Source: Dimorphilus gyrociliatus
Taxonomy: Eukaryota > Animalia > Annelida
Direction of reading: 5' to 3'
NCBI GenBank assembly: GCA_904063045.1
Contig: CAJFCJ010000004.1
Span: 2,039,713 to 2,103,712, forward strand
DNA: 64,000 bases
Position 1 is the stretch's first letter. Each line of letters starts with the position of its first letter. Shown here piece after piece: positions 1 to 13,600 of this stretch. Position numbers and translations under genes: made by a program. Under the pieces are notes generated by a model. The model was given only the letters and a program-made list of their open reading frames with translations. It searched no databases and was not told where the DNA came from.

Positions 1-92
1 CCTTTAATTTGGGATATTTTTAAATTTTTTGTTTTAAATGAATTTTAATTAAAAATTACTTTAAACTCAGCTTTTAAAAAATTACTACTCAC

Positions 93-731
93 GCTTTTGT
101 CTTTTTCGGATCGATGAATATCAATACTAGCTTCTCTGTTAAATGATTGATCTTCCGCGAAAATGTGCTTACCGCCTTTTCTGCACGTTAATTGAAACTT
201 TGACAAGCACAATATGCAAACGCTTTTCGTACATTTTGTACAAGTTAAAGTAGGCTTTGGGTGACTTTTTTCCTCTGATTCTTCAGTTTGAAAAGAGCAT
301 TTATGTTCAGTTTTCTTTTCAGTCTTCCTGACCGAAGGTAGTCTGTAATTTGACGTTGCTTTCCCTTTCCTTACAGTATCCACCAATTTCAGCATTGTTA
401 AATTGAGCGATAATTTTTCAGCTCCGAACTTTACCTTGGTCTCCCGACTACATATTGGACACTCTATTATTTTCTTCCTTTCATCGTTTACCTTTTTTTC
501 CAGACTGCTGGCGCATTTCCTGCAAAAAGTATGACAGCAGCCAAGGTTGGTAGGTTCTTTGTAAATTTGATGGCAGTATTTGCATACTATAGCCGAATTA
601 TCAAAAACTTCTCGAAAGATTGTTTTATTGTCCAGCGGAATAAGACAATTTTTTGTCACTGGATGGACAACGATTGGCTTCTCGTTCTCTTCAGTTTTTA
701 TCTTTGAATAAAATTCTGGCGAACCTTGCAT
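93..731 (-). CDS. RING-finger (C3HC4) protein, TRIM-like; one coding exon, gene continues beyond the left edge
   Basis: CKYC..LGCCHTFCRKC..ECPIC is a C3HC4 RING; a second Cys/His cluster CTKCTKSVCILC..TC..H is B-box-like. A GTGAGT donor at 92-87 (minus) follows ...KDKS in phase 0, so the ORF-track tail 45-92 is probably intron. Confidence 0.8.
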
Positions 732-3700
732 AATTGACAGATATTTCCTTAGTTTTAGTTACTGTGTTGCTAAGTTCGTCTAGTCAATAGTGACAATGAG
801 TTAATCCCGTAGACTTGTTGCCTATTTATTCAATAAACTCTTTCTATTCAAAAAGTTTCGATTCGTGTGTATTTGGCCTATTATTGCAACTGTTGAATTG
901 TTTAGATATATCGCCTATTGGATCTATTGAATAAATAAGCTCTTGAGAAATTTCTACGCAATAATAATAACGAAAACAAATATGAATATTAATTTATTTT
1001 TAATATTTAATGAACTTGTTAAGTGACTATCTTGAAAATATGTATTAACAATTTAAGAGTTGAGAATTTTATCGAAGGAGACTAGCTTGAATAAATAATA
1101 TACCATCAATTTTAATGTCATTTGAATTCCCTACTGATTCTTCAATGAAGCCTATTTTTCAGTTATTTAGGTCTTGAATTAAATCGTTTTCATTCTCTTT
1201 CGTTCCTTCTATAAATATTTCCATCTTTTCCGTTCGTTCATTCTTTTACTCACCCTATCATTTACATTTTCTGTCTATCTGTCTCTCCTTCCTTCGAACC
1301 GTTTCCTTATTTTTTTATAATCTGTATATATATATATATGTATTCTGCCACCTTAGAATTGTGTTATTTCAAGGAAAAAGTTGCTAGGATAAAGAAAATA
1401 TAATCCAAGAAATGGGACAGATAGTGATGGAAATGGAAAGAGAATAGATAGAATAAAAACCAGAAACTTAAATATGCTAATTCATCTAATTCTTTAAACA
1501 AGTAAATTTGTCTTCCTAGAATAAGTCTTTTTGAGAAATGGTAAAATGGTTAGTTACCTTAAAAAGACAGAAGCATTAAACGCTTGTTAAACTATACCAG
1601 TTTTTGTAAAACAATTGTATTAATTCACATATTAATATATGCATTATGTGAATTTCTTTTCGAGGAAAAATAGCTTTCCCTCCAATGGAATACTGTATGT
1701 GATACAAGTTTAGCTTAAATGCTACTGTCGTTTGCTTCCAAATACAATAGTAAATATCAAGCTACTTCGGCTATATGAAGTTATTATGTTTAGGCTCATT
1801 TACTAAAGATAATTAGGTAATGGAATTGACACCTACGCTAAAGGCCTCTTTTAATGGCCCATAGGCCTAAAAAAGCTTAAAGGTAAATAAAATTTTGGCT
1901 GAACAATAAAGTGAAGCTATTGAATAATGTAACAGAATTTGTAAATTATTCATTTTGTCATAAAGAAGATTTTCAACTAGATTTATGCAGACAGAGTGAA
2001 AAAGTGTGAATAATCGTACTTGACATAGACTTCCTAACTAATGTATCATTGAGTCAGTATACATTTAAATTTTTGGGACAATTTTCCACTGTTTATTCAA
2101 AACATGCAAACTATGTTCATAAAACACTTATTTCGTATGATATAGAGGATTATTTACAAACCGAGGATGCTTTATGAAAAGTCTTTTATATCAATATGAA
2201 AATTGATTGTTTTATAACATAATCATTTAATAGAAAAAACAAAATTATAAAAGAATAAAATCTAGATAATAAATTTAATTTTCCAAAAAATTGCTTAAGG
2301 TGCATCCTGCATCGTGACAAGCGTAGGCAGCTTTCTTAGAGGGCAATAGCAAATAAAAACAATACAAAATTCTACACAATTTCTTAATGATAGCGTGAAC
2401 AAATATTTTTTATTATATATATCTTAAAATTTAGTTTATCTTTTAAAACTTCAAATTACAGCTAAAGGAAAATACATTGTAATTTTATACTTTTTATGAT
2501 AAGTATATGCTATGTCTACAGTATACAGCAATAATATACAGTATATATATATACAGTATATATATATATTTTAGCTAAATTATCTCTTTTGTTCTATCTT
2601 CTTCAACTGCTGTTGTATGTATAATAATATTTATATATAGAATATACTATGCAAAAAATTCCTTTCTTAAGATGAACACTTAAAATTTGGACAAAATAAT
2701 TCCTGGACGGATGTAACCGTGGCACAAATGTGTCAGCAATAATCGGATCTGTAATGATGAACGGTACAGATCAGATGTTTGCTTCACTGCTAAAGATTGT
2801 TTATATCGATTAATTCTTTATATATTACTTAAGAAAACGCATGTAAATCTTATTGAGAAAAGCTTAACTATAGTAAAGAAAAGTATTTATGTACATTAAA
2901 CTATAGTCAAACGTAAAAAAGGAAGAAAACCTAAAGTTTCATTGAGATAGTAATGTTTGAAATAAGATGCAATACTAACACTTTTTAAAAGAAATAATAG
3001 AAAACCAGACTAAGGATATTTAGTTATACATCAGTATTAATATTTCTTATACCATTATATTGTATACAAGCAATATATTATATATATATATATATATGTA
3101 TACAGTATATATATTAATGCAATACGTACAGACAAGAATATATATAAGGATATTAAATATGTATAATTATTATATTATTACTCGTTTTCTTTATTTCAAT
3201 TTATCAATTTTAATATATATATTTTCATCGATCAGTATAAACTTTTCTTGATTTAATCTCTTTCTCTACCTAAACTGATTTCAGAGATAAATTGAGGGAT
3301 GTACCATAAAAAAAGTTATTCCTTTTCTTTTTAGCATTTATTCTTTTTTTCTCTCATTCTCTTCTTTACGTTTCCTTTCTGGTCTTTTCTTTGGCCTTTC
3401 TATCTGTTTCTGTTTCTCTGTTTCTCTGTCTCTCTCTCTCGCTCTCTCTCAAACCTGCTCTCTTTTTTTTCGCTTTCGCCTCCTCTCCTTTACTGCCAGT
3501 ATCTCTTTATCTCCATCAAATACCAGATGTTTTGTTAATTTATTAGTTTCTACAAAGATCAAAATTTCGTCTGATTAATGTTATAAGATTAGTGCAGAAA
3601 TTTCCTGTTTCTTATCGTATTATTTATTCTTAAAATTAACATTAAAACTATTTTGTGAAAACATAATTTTCTGTTCTGTTTCTTATCTGAGAGTCTTCAA

Positions 3701-6040
3701 TTTATATATGTATATATATACTGTATATTGGCAAGGGAAATTATTCATAACCATGTATATATAGACTGTATAGTCCTTGTGAGAAAAAATATGTCATGTC
3801 TGCAAAACAAGTAACGCTGACCAATTGTCTTAATGAAAACAAAAGCAAAGGAACTTTAAAAGTTTACAAAGATTCTAGTATTCGAATGCAAATAGAAAAG
3901 ATGAAGACAAAAATACTGTTAAAGCCTAAAAATGGGCTAAAAAAATAAAAGAAAGATTGGCTTCTATTTTTAGACAATTATTAATATTGTATGTATTCAA
4001 TAGAGTAACAATTTGTTATTCACAGGATATATCCATAAAGCCTTGTTGAAACTAGCATTTGGTGAAAAGATGTAAAGATAAGGCATATTTACGTTATACG
4101 CATGCATAATTAGGCAGAGAAAATCCTTCGAAAATATATTTACGCACCGCCACCCAATTGGGACGTCTAAATAATGGCTAAGGAACAAAAGAAACGAAAA
4201 CTGCATTAGACGCTCATCCGACCGTTTATAATCAGAACTGTTTCAATTTTTACTCTCAAATAGTCAAATATTATCTAAATTATTTTAAGATGGTTATCAA
4301 TTAACTTTGTTGTTTTTTTAACTTTTCACTTACTAACCTGCATTGTTTAAAGAGGAAACAAGTCAATTCACTTTATATCACAAGCTGTGTTGTTTTTTTT
4401 TCTTCTATATTGAGATTTCACAGGGAAAGTAAAAGACAAAGAAGAAGACAAGAAGTAATGATAAAAATGATGAATCGACACATTTAAAGATTTTACTCAA
4501 AGTTAAGGCAAATGGAGGAAAGCAAGCTTATCCGTGTAAAAAGTTATTATCAATCGAAACTTCATTAAAAGAGTTCTTGTTGTCTTTCTCCTACTCTGCC
4601 TAGTACAGCATAAAGAGATTATGGCTTCTCATAAAGACTCATAAACAAGACAATGAATTTGTTTTGCAGCAAAAAATGGCCAGTATATCGTTTAGTTTAC
4701 TGAAAGGCTAGTAAAGTTACTTATAAGTTACATATAATGAAAAAATTTCTTCTAAAATAGGAGAATAATAATTAGTAAGACAGTCAGCTAACAAAATCAC
4801 GCCCTTGTCCTAGATTTTGTACTAATATACTCTTTCTCTTCGAGTCAAATATCATATTACTTTATCCTTGGTGACATTTTCATACAGTCCAAAAAAGAAT
4901 ACCTAAGAAAAGCGTATATTTGAAGTAATATACAATATACTGTACATAAATTTTATGTATATATTATCTACATTTTTGTAAATACATGCTGTATATTCAT
5001 GCTGTACATTTTTAAGTATATCTAAAATTTAAAGGGTTTACAGCTTATGTGAATGCAGCATAAGGTATATAGAGAAAAAGAAATTCTAGAAGGAGAAGGG
5101 AAACTGAGTAAATTAATGTCTAAGCATAGTTAAATACAGTATAAACGTAGGTATGTAGTAGCAACCGCTCATCTTGTTTACCTATTACAGCCAAAAAAAT
5201 ATTCAGAACTATACATTCTTTATTTTCTACACTTGATTCTATTTTTGTAGGCAAATCGGAGAAGGCTCTTTTTATTTTCACGGTAAACAAAAAATACTAA
5301 TATCATAAATGAAGTATTATTTCTAGGAAACTAAAAGGTTCATTTAAGGCCTTATGTCTCGTATCTAATACAGTTTTACTACAACTCCTTAATGATCGTT
5401 TAGCGTCCATAATTATAAAAAAAAATAGACGGAAGAAAGAGGGAAGAAAAAGTAAATGAGGATGAAAAAGCAAGTAAATAATGATTGATAAGAAAAGAAA
5501 GAAATTATATAATAAAAATGATAGGATAGATATAAAGAAAGGAATTTAAACTAAAACAAAACAAAAACAAATAAATAATTTTTCTTATCCAATTTCCTGT
5601 TCTCTTATCTTATCAAGAGAAAAGAATTTTTATGAAGAGTAGAAAAATATGTTTACTAAGAAACAAGAAAGGAAAGAAGACAGTGTGTAATATATATATT
5701 TTTATATTTATATATATTTTGATAGAGCTAATGAAGATAAATTAGTAAACAGAATTAAAAGATAATTACGAAATTGTATGTAAACTATCCTCAGATTTTC
5801 TCTCCTTCTATCCGTCTATCTGTCTTTTTCTCTTGTTTTCCTCTAACTTTTTTCTATTTTTTGGCATATTTTTTCATTTCTCTTTAGTTTTATTCATGCT
5901 ATTTTATTTTTCGCCTTTGCTTTTGAAATGAATTGAGAAAAAAGGGAAACATTTACTCGGTTGATAATTTATTAAAAACCCATAAACGTTTTTAAATGAA
6001 TTATTAATGCTTCGTAATAGAGAGACAGAAATGTATAAAG

Positions 6041-6044
<4 letters not shown>

Positions 6045-6080
<36 letters not shown>
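6045..6080. repeat. (TA)n microsatellite
   Basis: Perfect TA run. Similar runs at about 21866-21894 and 26555-26580. Confidence 0.95.
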
Positions 6081-6081
<1 letters not shown>

Positions 6082-6448
6082 CTATATATATGTATACAGT
6101 ATAAAGGAATATATTAAGCCTAATTTTTCACTTGTTAATTAACCACTTGGAAGAAATAGAAGAAATAGGTCGGCGTACAATTACAAATATATTCTATATC
6201 CGTCTTGTTTACGTCATCCTTTGATGAGGAATATTCAAAAATATTAAATCGTATCCTTCAGTGAACATACTCTTATGTTCAAGAATAAATATATTTAAAC
6301 AATATTAATTATTAAACTAGTATATCAGTTTAATTAGTTGTTCTTAATAAAGAATGTGTCTTATCAATAAATTCGAGTATAGCAGCTTGAAAACAAAAAG
6401 CTATTGAAGCTTAGTGCTCCAACATTTCTATTTCACATACATATTTAC

Positions 6449-6481
<33 letters not shown>

Positions 6482-7399
6482 TTCTTTTTATATCTTATCC
6501 CTATACAATTATAAGATTTAATAGAGAAATTACACAAGGGTTAGAATTAGGTCCTCTTTTTGTTTTTCTTCATACCCTCTTCACATTCCCTATATATCCT
6601 CTATTACTCGAAAGCAAATTGATGTAACGTAATATTAATTGGAAACATTTTCCATGTTTTTTCAATTTAAAATCATAAATTCCAATAAAAGAATGATAAG
6701 GGAAAGGAGAAGTTCTCTAATTCGTAGTTTAATATAATGAATTCTGTTTCTTTTCCTTACATTTTCTCGTGTAACGTTTTGTATTGCTTTAAGCTATTGT
6801 ATTTTGTTTCTGTGTCAATCTGCATACTTTTAAGGCATAAAATATACTGTATTACGGTTCTTTTTGAGTTTTGAATTAGCATTACTTCGTTAATTAACTT
6901 TAAAAAATCTTAAGAAGTTTTATTGATAAAAAAGTTCCTCTATGCTTAAGCAAAGGATTAGGTTTTTTGTATTTTAGATCAATATTTAATTACTAATTTA
7001 ATAATAATTGTAAATACGCTACAACAGGATTAGGCTGAAAATACGAAATGTCTATTCGCTAAAGTTGAATGAAAAAACAGAGAGAGAAAAGACAGAAATA
7101 GAAATTCTTCACGATGGAGATGGAAGAATTGCTTTATTTCCCTATTATGGAAAAGTTTGCTATCTTTACCCTCTTAAGTATATCATCAAAAAAGGACAAG
7201 GTTAACACCCAAGATATCTCTGTGTTTTACTTTTGGGACGGTAATTGACCATATTTAAATCCTGAACTAGATTATAAGACAATTGAAGGATAAAAAAAGT
7301 TGAATTGTTACAATATTCGTAAACCAGAAGCTTAGATTAGTAAACGTTATCTAGATTGCTACCACTGACAAACTCCTTTCCTATTAACTGTTTATCGAC

Positions 7400-7611
7400 A
7401 CTGTCAGACGTTACTTTCCTAATTATTCTGATGCGTTTGACGACGCATCGACGGCGTCGATCGTGGATCGGTTCGTTTATATGATTTGACATCCGGCGGC
7501 CAAATTCCTTGTCTTTTCACTGTCAAATTACTTGTAGACGCTTTTGCGTTGAATATTTGGTTACGCTGTGAAATGCTATGTCTCTTATCAAGTAACAAAT
7601 TGCTTTGGTAG
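7400..7611 (+). promoter_or_regulatory. CpG-dense patch and candidate non-coding first exon, possibly the 5' UTR exon of the SPR/MIPR gene
   Basis: CpG cluster at 7430-7500 in AT-rich DNA and an AG|GTAAGA donor at 7611/7612. The next strong plus-strand coding acceptor I found is at 18278. The linkage is inferred only. Confidence 0.35.
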
Positions 7612-10600
7612 GTAAGAAACTTGGAAATTCGCTTTGATTTTCATCTCTCAAGGTTATTTTTTAGGGTTTGAGAGTCCAACTTCCTCTTCCCAGGAATTTT
7701 ATTCTATTTCCTTATTTACTATTCTCTAGATATATTTACATAAATACCTCTTTTATTGTATCAGTTTAAAAGTTTGATCGACTTTCTATTAACGATTTTC
7801 TACTCTAACAGAGATAATAATTGAATTACTACTACCAGTTTTAGTAACAAGTTTTTAACTGTTTCTTGAAATTGAATAAACAAAAGATTGTTTTATAGGT
7901 AAACAAGACAAGTGTGATATGTTTATTGAAAATATAATAGGGCAGAGAGGAAATTGGTCTAGATTTTTCTCCTTTTCATTTAAATATAATAGTAGCAATA
8001 ATAATTTATTAAAATACAAGTAATATTTAATATATAATTTCTTCAATTTTACTGTTTATCTTTCGCACTTAGTTTTTGAGGCACTAGTCTGCTTATTAGT
8101 AACCGTAATTAACAAAGTAGAAAAAGGATTCATCTTGTCCTTGACGTTCTATGCAAATCTTTAATACCTGTTAAACGAACGCCAATGCTATGTATTACAT
8201 AAAAGTCAGCGGCTTACTTAAGGCGAAAGGAGGTGTGGGAAATTAGCTTTCGGTAGTTCGGAGGTATACTTAGAAATGACACTCGCCCAATAGGCCTGCA
8301 CAAATCTATTCTTTCCTTCAATAATGATCCAATTTAAAAGATGTCACGAGTGAAGAGGCAGGAGACCATGGTTTATATTACAGGCTTTTTTATAATTGTT
8401 ATTACGTTTCTGAATGCCATTTGACCTAACTAAATCCGAATCGTAGATCATTTGATCCGAAGGAATGGAAATTATATTACCCCCTCCCCCCCACTTCGAA
8501 TCTCCTTCTATCTTTACATTTCGTGTGTTTTACGCCTTAGTAATTCAGCAAATAAAAATATTTCAGAGGTGAAAAGCACAGAGAATAAATATTTTAATTG
8601 TATTTAAGTTTAATAGAAAAGTTTAAGTAACTTCTTATCAAAAGTTTACAAAGTTTTAGGGACTTTATTCCTTCCATCGAATTATTGTTGATAATTTAGT
8701 ACCATTTTTCTATGAAAACTATTTAGTCTGAGGTAATATCGTTCTACTATTCTTTCTTTTTTTTGCAGAGTTTCCTGTCAAACTGTACCACACTATCTAC
8801 TATTATAGAGTTGTATATTGTACAGTATTAAATAATAATAAAATTTTTAAACAAGTTAGAAAGATACTTATCAGCGAGTTTATTTAAATTGAAGATAAAA
8901 GTGTAAAAGTAATGAGTACAAAGTTAATAAATAGCGTATTTAATTTCTTTTGCTATAAGAGATTATATATTTCTGTAGGAGTTTTGAAATATTAACAAAG
9001 ATTTAGATTGTTCTGTCTTCTGGTTTCACCTGAAAACCTTGTAAAGAATCAGTATGATGTATTATAAAAGTTCATAAGTCTTTAGCTGTGAAGCATCCAG
9101 GGAAAAGTCAATCGAGGAATATAATTTGTATGCTGCTCGAAAGAGAACCCGGAGACCAATTATTTACTCTTATGCAGACGGAGCATGCTCTTTTGAAACT
9201 GAAATAGTGTTAATGAATTCATTTGCTTATTGCTTTTACCATTATATAATTACAATGATAATTACCAAACAGGCATTGTAACTACACAGTAATTAGTAGA
9301 GAATTATTGAAATCCTCATTAGGTTGTTATTATCTTTTATTTTCTAATTTAATATGCCAAAATAAGATTTTCAAAAAGTCAATAACCTTGGTATCTTTTT
9401 TAAAGAGACGATTATGGCGAATTTTAGAAATATTTCCGGTACTAAGCTCTTTATTTCTACACAGATATGTTTGTTCTAATACAGTACCCTAGAATTCTAT
9501 TTATTCATAAATACGTAGTGTAAAACTTGGTAAATTGTCTCTTTGTTTTTTTTCCTTATACAAGCAGAACGGAAAACCGTATATAGTCTAAATTGAATAG
9601 TAGGTGCATAATATGTTATATCTACAATATACATGTATATATATATAGAAAAAATGCAGTACAAAAATATAACTTTACCATATAAAGGATTTTTCATATT
9701 ACATAAGACATGTATGAATATATATGTATATTAATATACTGTATATATATATATATATTTATGTGTGCCTGCTCTAAATATAGGCTGTTAAAAATTATAA
9801 TAATAATCATTTCAAAGATAATTACATAAAATACTTTTGTATAGATCTCTATCATTGTAGGGGTAAAAAAATCTAAAAAATGATCATGAAATTTTTAACG
9901 AATGCGTAGTATAGAGAGGGGAAGCTATTTTATACATATTCTGGGATATAAATGTATTTATATAGAATAAATATAGTTTGATTATAAGCAAGAAGAAAAA
10001 AAAATCACTTTGCAGTATATTAGAATCATAATTGAAATTTATTTTATCTTGGAAAAGTTGTGAAAGGAATTATTCTATTTTTCCTTTCAATTATATACAT
10101 TATCTATATAAATTTTCAAGTAATATATACTTTATTCTGTTTAGCGAATTGAATACTTTTCTTTCTCTTCAAAACGGAAATATTTGTCTTTATTTTCCAT
10201 TATTATTTTTGCTGTACATTCTTGTTTTTCTTATTTATGGAATATTCAAATGAGAAGAAAAATCTCTGGCTTTGTATATGAAAGAACACGTAAAATAAAC
10301 TCAAGAAAAAAATTGAAAAAAGGGACGACGTCTTAAAAAAAAAGTAGAAAAAATAGTTTTTTCACTTTTCCAGTTTAGCTTTTTTCTAGTAAAGAAAGTT
10401 GATCTATTAAGCAAGTGTCAAATTTTGATTATTAGTCCTTAAAACATAATTAAATTTTTTACCAACATCAGTTCTCTAATAGAGCCATAACAAAAGCAAA
10501 CTAAAGGTTTGTCGCGAAAGAAAGGTGCCAATACACCTATAGGTGTCGCTCCGGTATGTAAAGAACGAACGCAGTGGACGTCAGAAGAGCGAAGCAGTGA

Positions 10601-13600
10601 ACTACTACTCTAACTGAAAATATAAACGATACATTTTTAAGCGGTACGTACAAATTTTTTTAACTTTTATAAATTAAATGGAATATTTTGACTAAAACTA
10701 GCTAATTTATTACTTTATTATCATTTCTCTTTATGATCTAAATCATCTTTTTCTACTATTAATTAAATAAATGGAAAAAGAAGTATCATATTTACCACCA
10801 AAGTTTAGTATTTTCCTTAGAAATAACTATATCTTAATCAATAGGGAAAATATTCATTTCTAGACATACGATGAGTATGTAAAAGAAAATTAAAGCAGGT
10901 GTATGTAATGATATACAGTTGTACATGAGCCTTTTCCTACTATTTACAGGTAGGACTAGTTTATGATGTTTGTCAACCAAATCGGTTTTGTTTATAAAAT
11001 GATATGGAACATGTTGTATGAAGTTTTCTCAGAAGGCCTAATGGGAAACTGAATACGATATAATTTAATAGTTCTCTCCTTGCTGTTTTCTTTTTATTCA
11101 AGAAAACTTTTCAATAAAAGTTGATTTTATATCATTATCTTTTATCTACTAACCTCTTTACAATTATGTTACAAATATTCATTTATTGAATATTTAACAG
11201 CATAGAGTTTGACGAGTTTGTCATTTCTTCAATATAACTGTAATTAAATCTTAGACCTACAAATTACCTAAGCATTACCAGTAACCGTAATAGTAATTGG
11301 ACTTTATTCAAACAAATTGAAAACTCTTAGATAAACAAAGAAATTGTTAAAGAGTTTATAACCTAAATTATATAATATATATATAACAAATAATTTTTGA
11401 AATAAATTAGGTCAGACTTAATTAAATAGGTTTTTTTTGTTGTAGTAAGTAGTATTTTCATATTAAAGTAATAAAAAGATAAAAACAAAAAAGGGACATG
11501 CGAAGTAGTTATCTTATTGATAAAAAGGAAATAAAATCATTTTAAATTATTTATTCTATAAAAGAAAATTCTAGGAAATCCAAAAAAGAGGAAGGTTCGA
11601 TGATTGAAGAAAAATGTGAATTATCAATATCTAATAGGATTCTCAAAGGTCCTACAACATACTGTACTTTCGGACCGGTTGATTATATTATTTTATATAA
11701 AGATTAATTGATCCAAAGTAAATGGAATAAGCACTGGAGAAACTATAAGGGTAATAGAAGAAATACATTATTCTCTTGACATTAATTTTCCGAGAAAGTA
11801 ATATAGTTAAATAAACGTATTACATCTTAATCTTAATAAAAATCCCTATATACAGTAGTTTACCTATAAAAATTTATTATAACACGTGATTGCTTCTTAA
11901 GATATTTAATCAATTTGCTCATAAATGTTTAATTAATTCAAAATCATTATCATGATTATAACTACCTCTTTTACTACCATAAATCAATTATATTGGTTTT
12001 TATTATGACCCACTTTCTGTTCATCCTAAACCACTGTTCCCACTCTCATATTTTCGTGTCTCTCTCTTCCTCCCTCCCTTCCTCCTTCCCATATTTCATG
12101 CCTCTCTCTCTTTCACTATTATTGTTTAGCTTTTCTCTCTCCCCATATGATAAATGGAATGATAAATATAGATAAAAAAAAGAGATAGAAAAGAGAAAGG
12201 GTATGGGCAAAAGGCCAAAGGGGATGAAAAGTAGAAAGACAGGATAATTTATTAAAGTTAATCCTTATCTTATTTGTATTTCTAATATTTATAATCAAAT
12301 CAATCAATGCGAGTTAACGTCTAGTAATAATCTTAATACGGTTTAATACTATCTTTTTGGCTTTGTCAAGATTTTAATACTGGTTATATTTAAGCAAAAC
12401 ATAGCTTTGATTGCATTATGTGATAATTCAACTAAACACCTTTCATCTTTTGTTAGTATTACATTAGCCTTAGCCTTAATAACTTTTACTTTAGTTGGAA
12501 AAATACAGTAAAAGGTATTGGTTACCTCCCCTTTACCCTTTATTACCAATTCAAATAGAAAATGAATCATAATCGCGTCCATTCTAATACTACTGATGAA
12601 AAAAGTCAACTTTTAGATAACTCCGTCAATTAACTATGTAAAGTAAGCAATAGCTTCGCCTATAATAAATATTTAAAGTAAATGAAAGAAAACAAAGAGA
12701 TTAAAGGAAATAGTATACCTTCCAGTCACGATTTTTAGACCCTAACGGCTTTTCTTGACATTTTCGAATGCTCCATTAAAGGAAGGTCAAAAGAACGGCT
12801 TAATTAGGCCCAGGAGGTTAAAAAGTAAAAAGAATGTTTAAAAAAAATGAGAAATTATAACTGAAGTAAGTGAAAAAGACAAAAGAGGCGAAAAAACTGA
12901 ATAATCGGGAGAAGGAAAACTAAAATACTATTATAAGTATCATCTATATAAGCAATATAGCTTATTTATATCATGTACATTTGGCACATTATATGGCAAT
13001 AAATTGTACGAGCTTAACATAGAAGAGTTTCCATTTAGCATTGGACTGTAATGTATACAACTTTTTGTAAAGTGGCTCGAATTATATCAATAATTAGATC
13101 AATATTTAGCTTTAGAGAAACAAGGGATCCATATCTATGTTTAATTTGGTTCATTTTTCGCAGGAATCGTATGCATATAGCTTTATACTTTTTCAATATT
13201 ACTTTTACAAAAAGGTTGTAAATGTTTGCAAGGAAAACAGTTTTATCCCTTAACTTTAATAAGGATAGCTCGTTTTTAACGTAAATTAACATTCTCTAAT
13301 CGTTTTAACTCTATAAACAGTGCTAAAAAGTATTTTGTTCATTAGCCCTTAAAAATAAATTCACTACATAGCTGTTATAATATCAATAAGAATCTTTAAT
13401 AGAATATCTATATAGGTCCGGAAAGAGAATTATTGAATTAAAAAGATACTAAAGTCCTTGTTAATTTTTGCCTTGTGAAGGAGAGAAAAAAATCACATTA
13501 GCAGAACACGAATCAATTTATTTAGACAAGAATAAGCTGGTTTATTGTCTATCATCAATAGCTTAACCAATACATCGTATTTCATCTTCCCAATAGTAAA

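Noticed and set aside
4433-4712. Long frame with a single stop
   Set aside because: No homology recognised; compatible with chance or an old relic. The same applies to 9086-9280 and 54652-54840.
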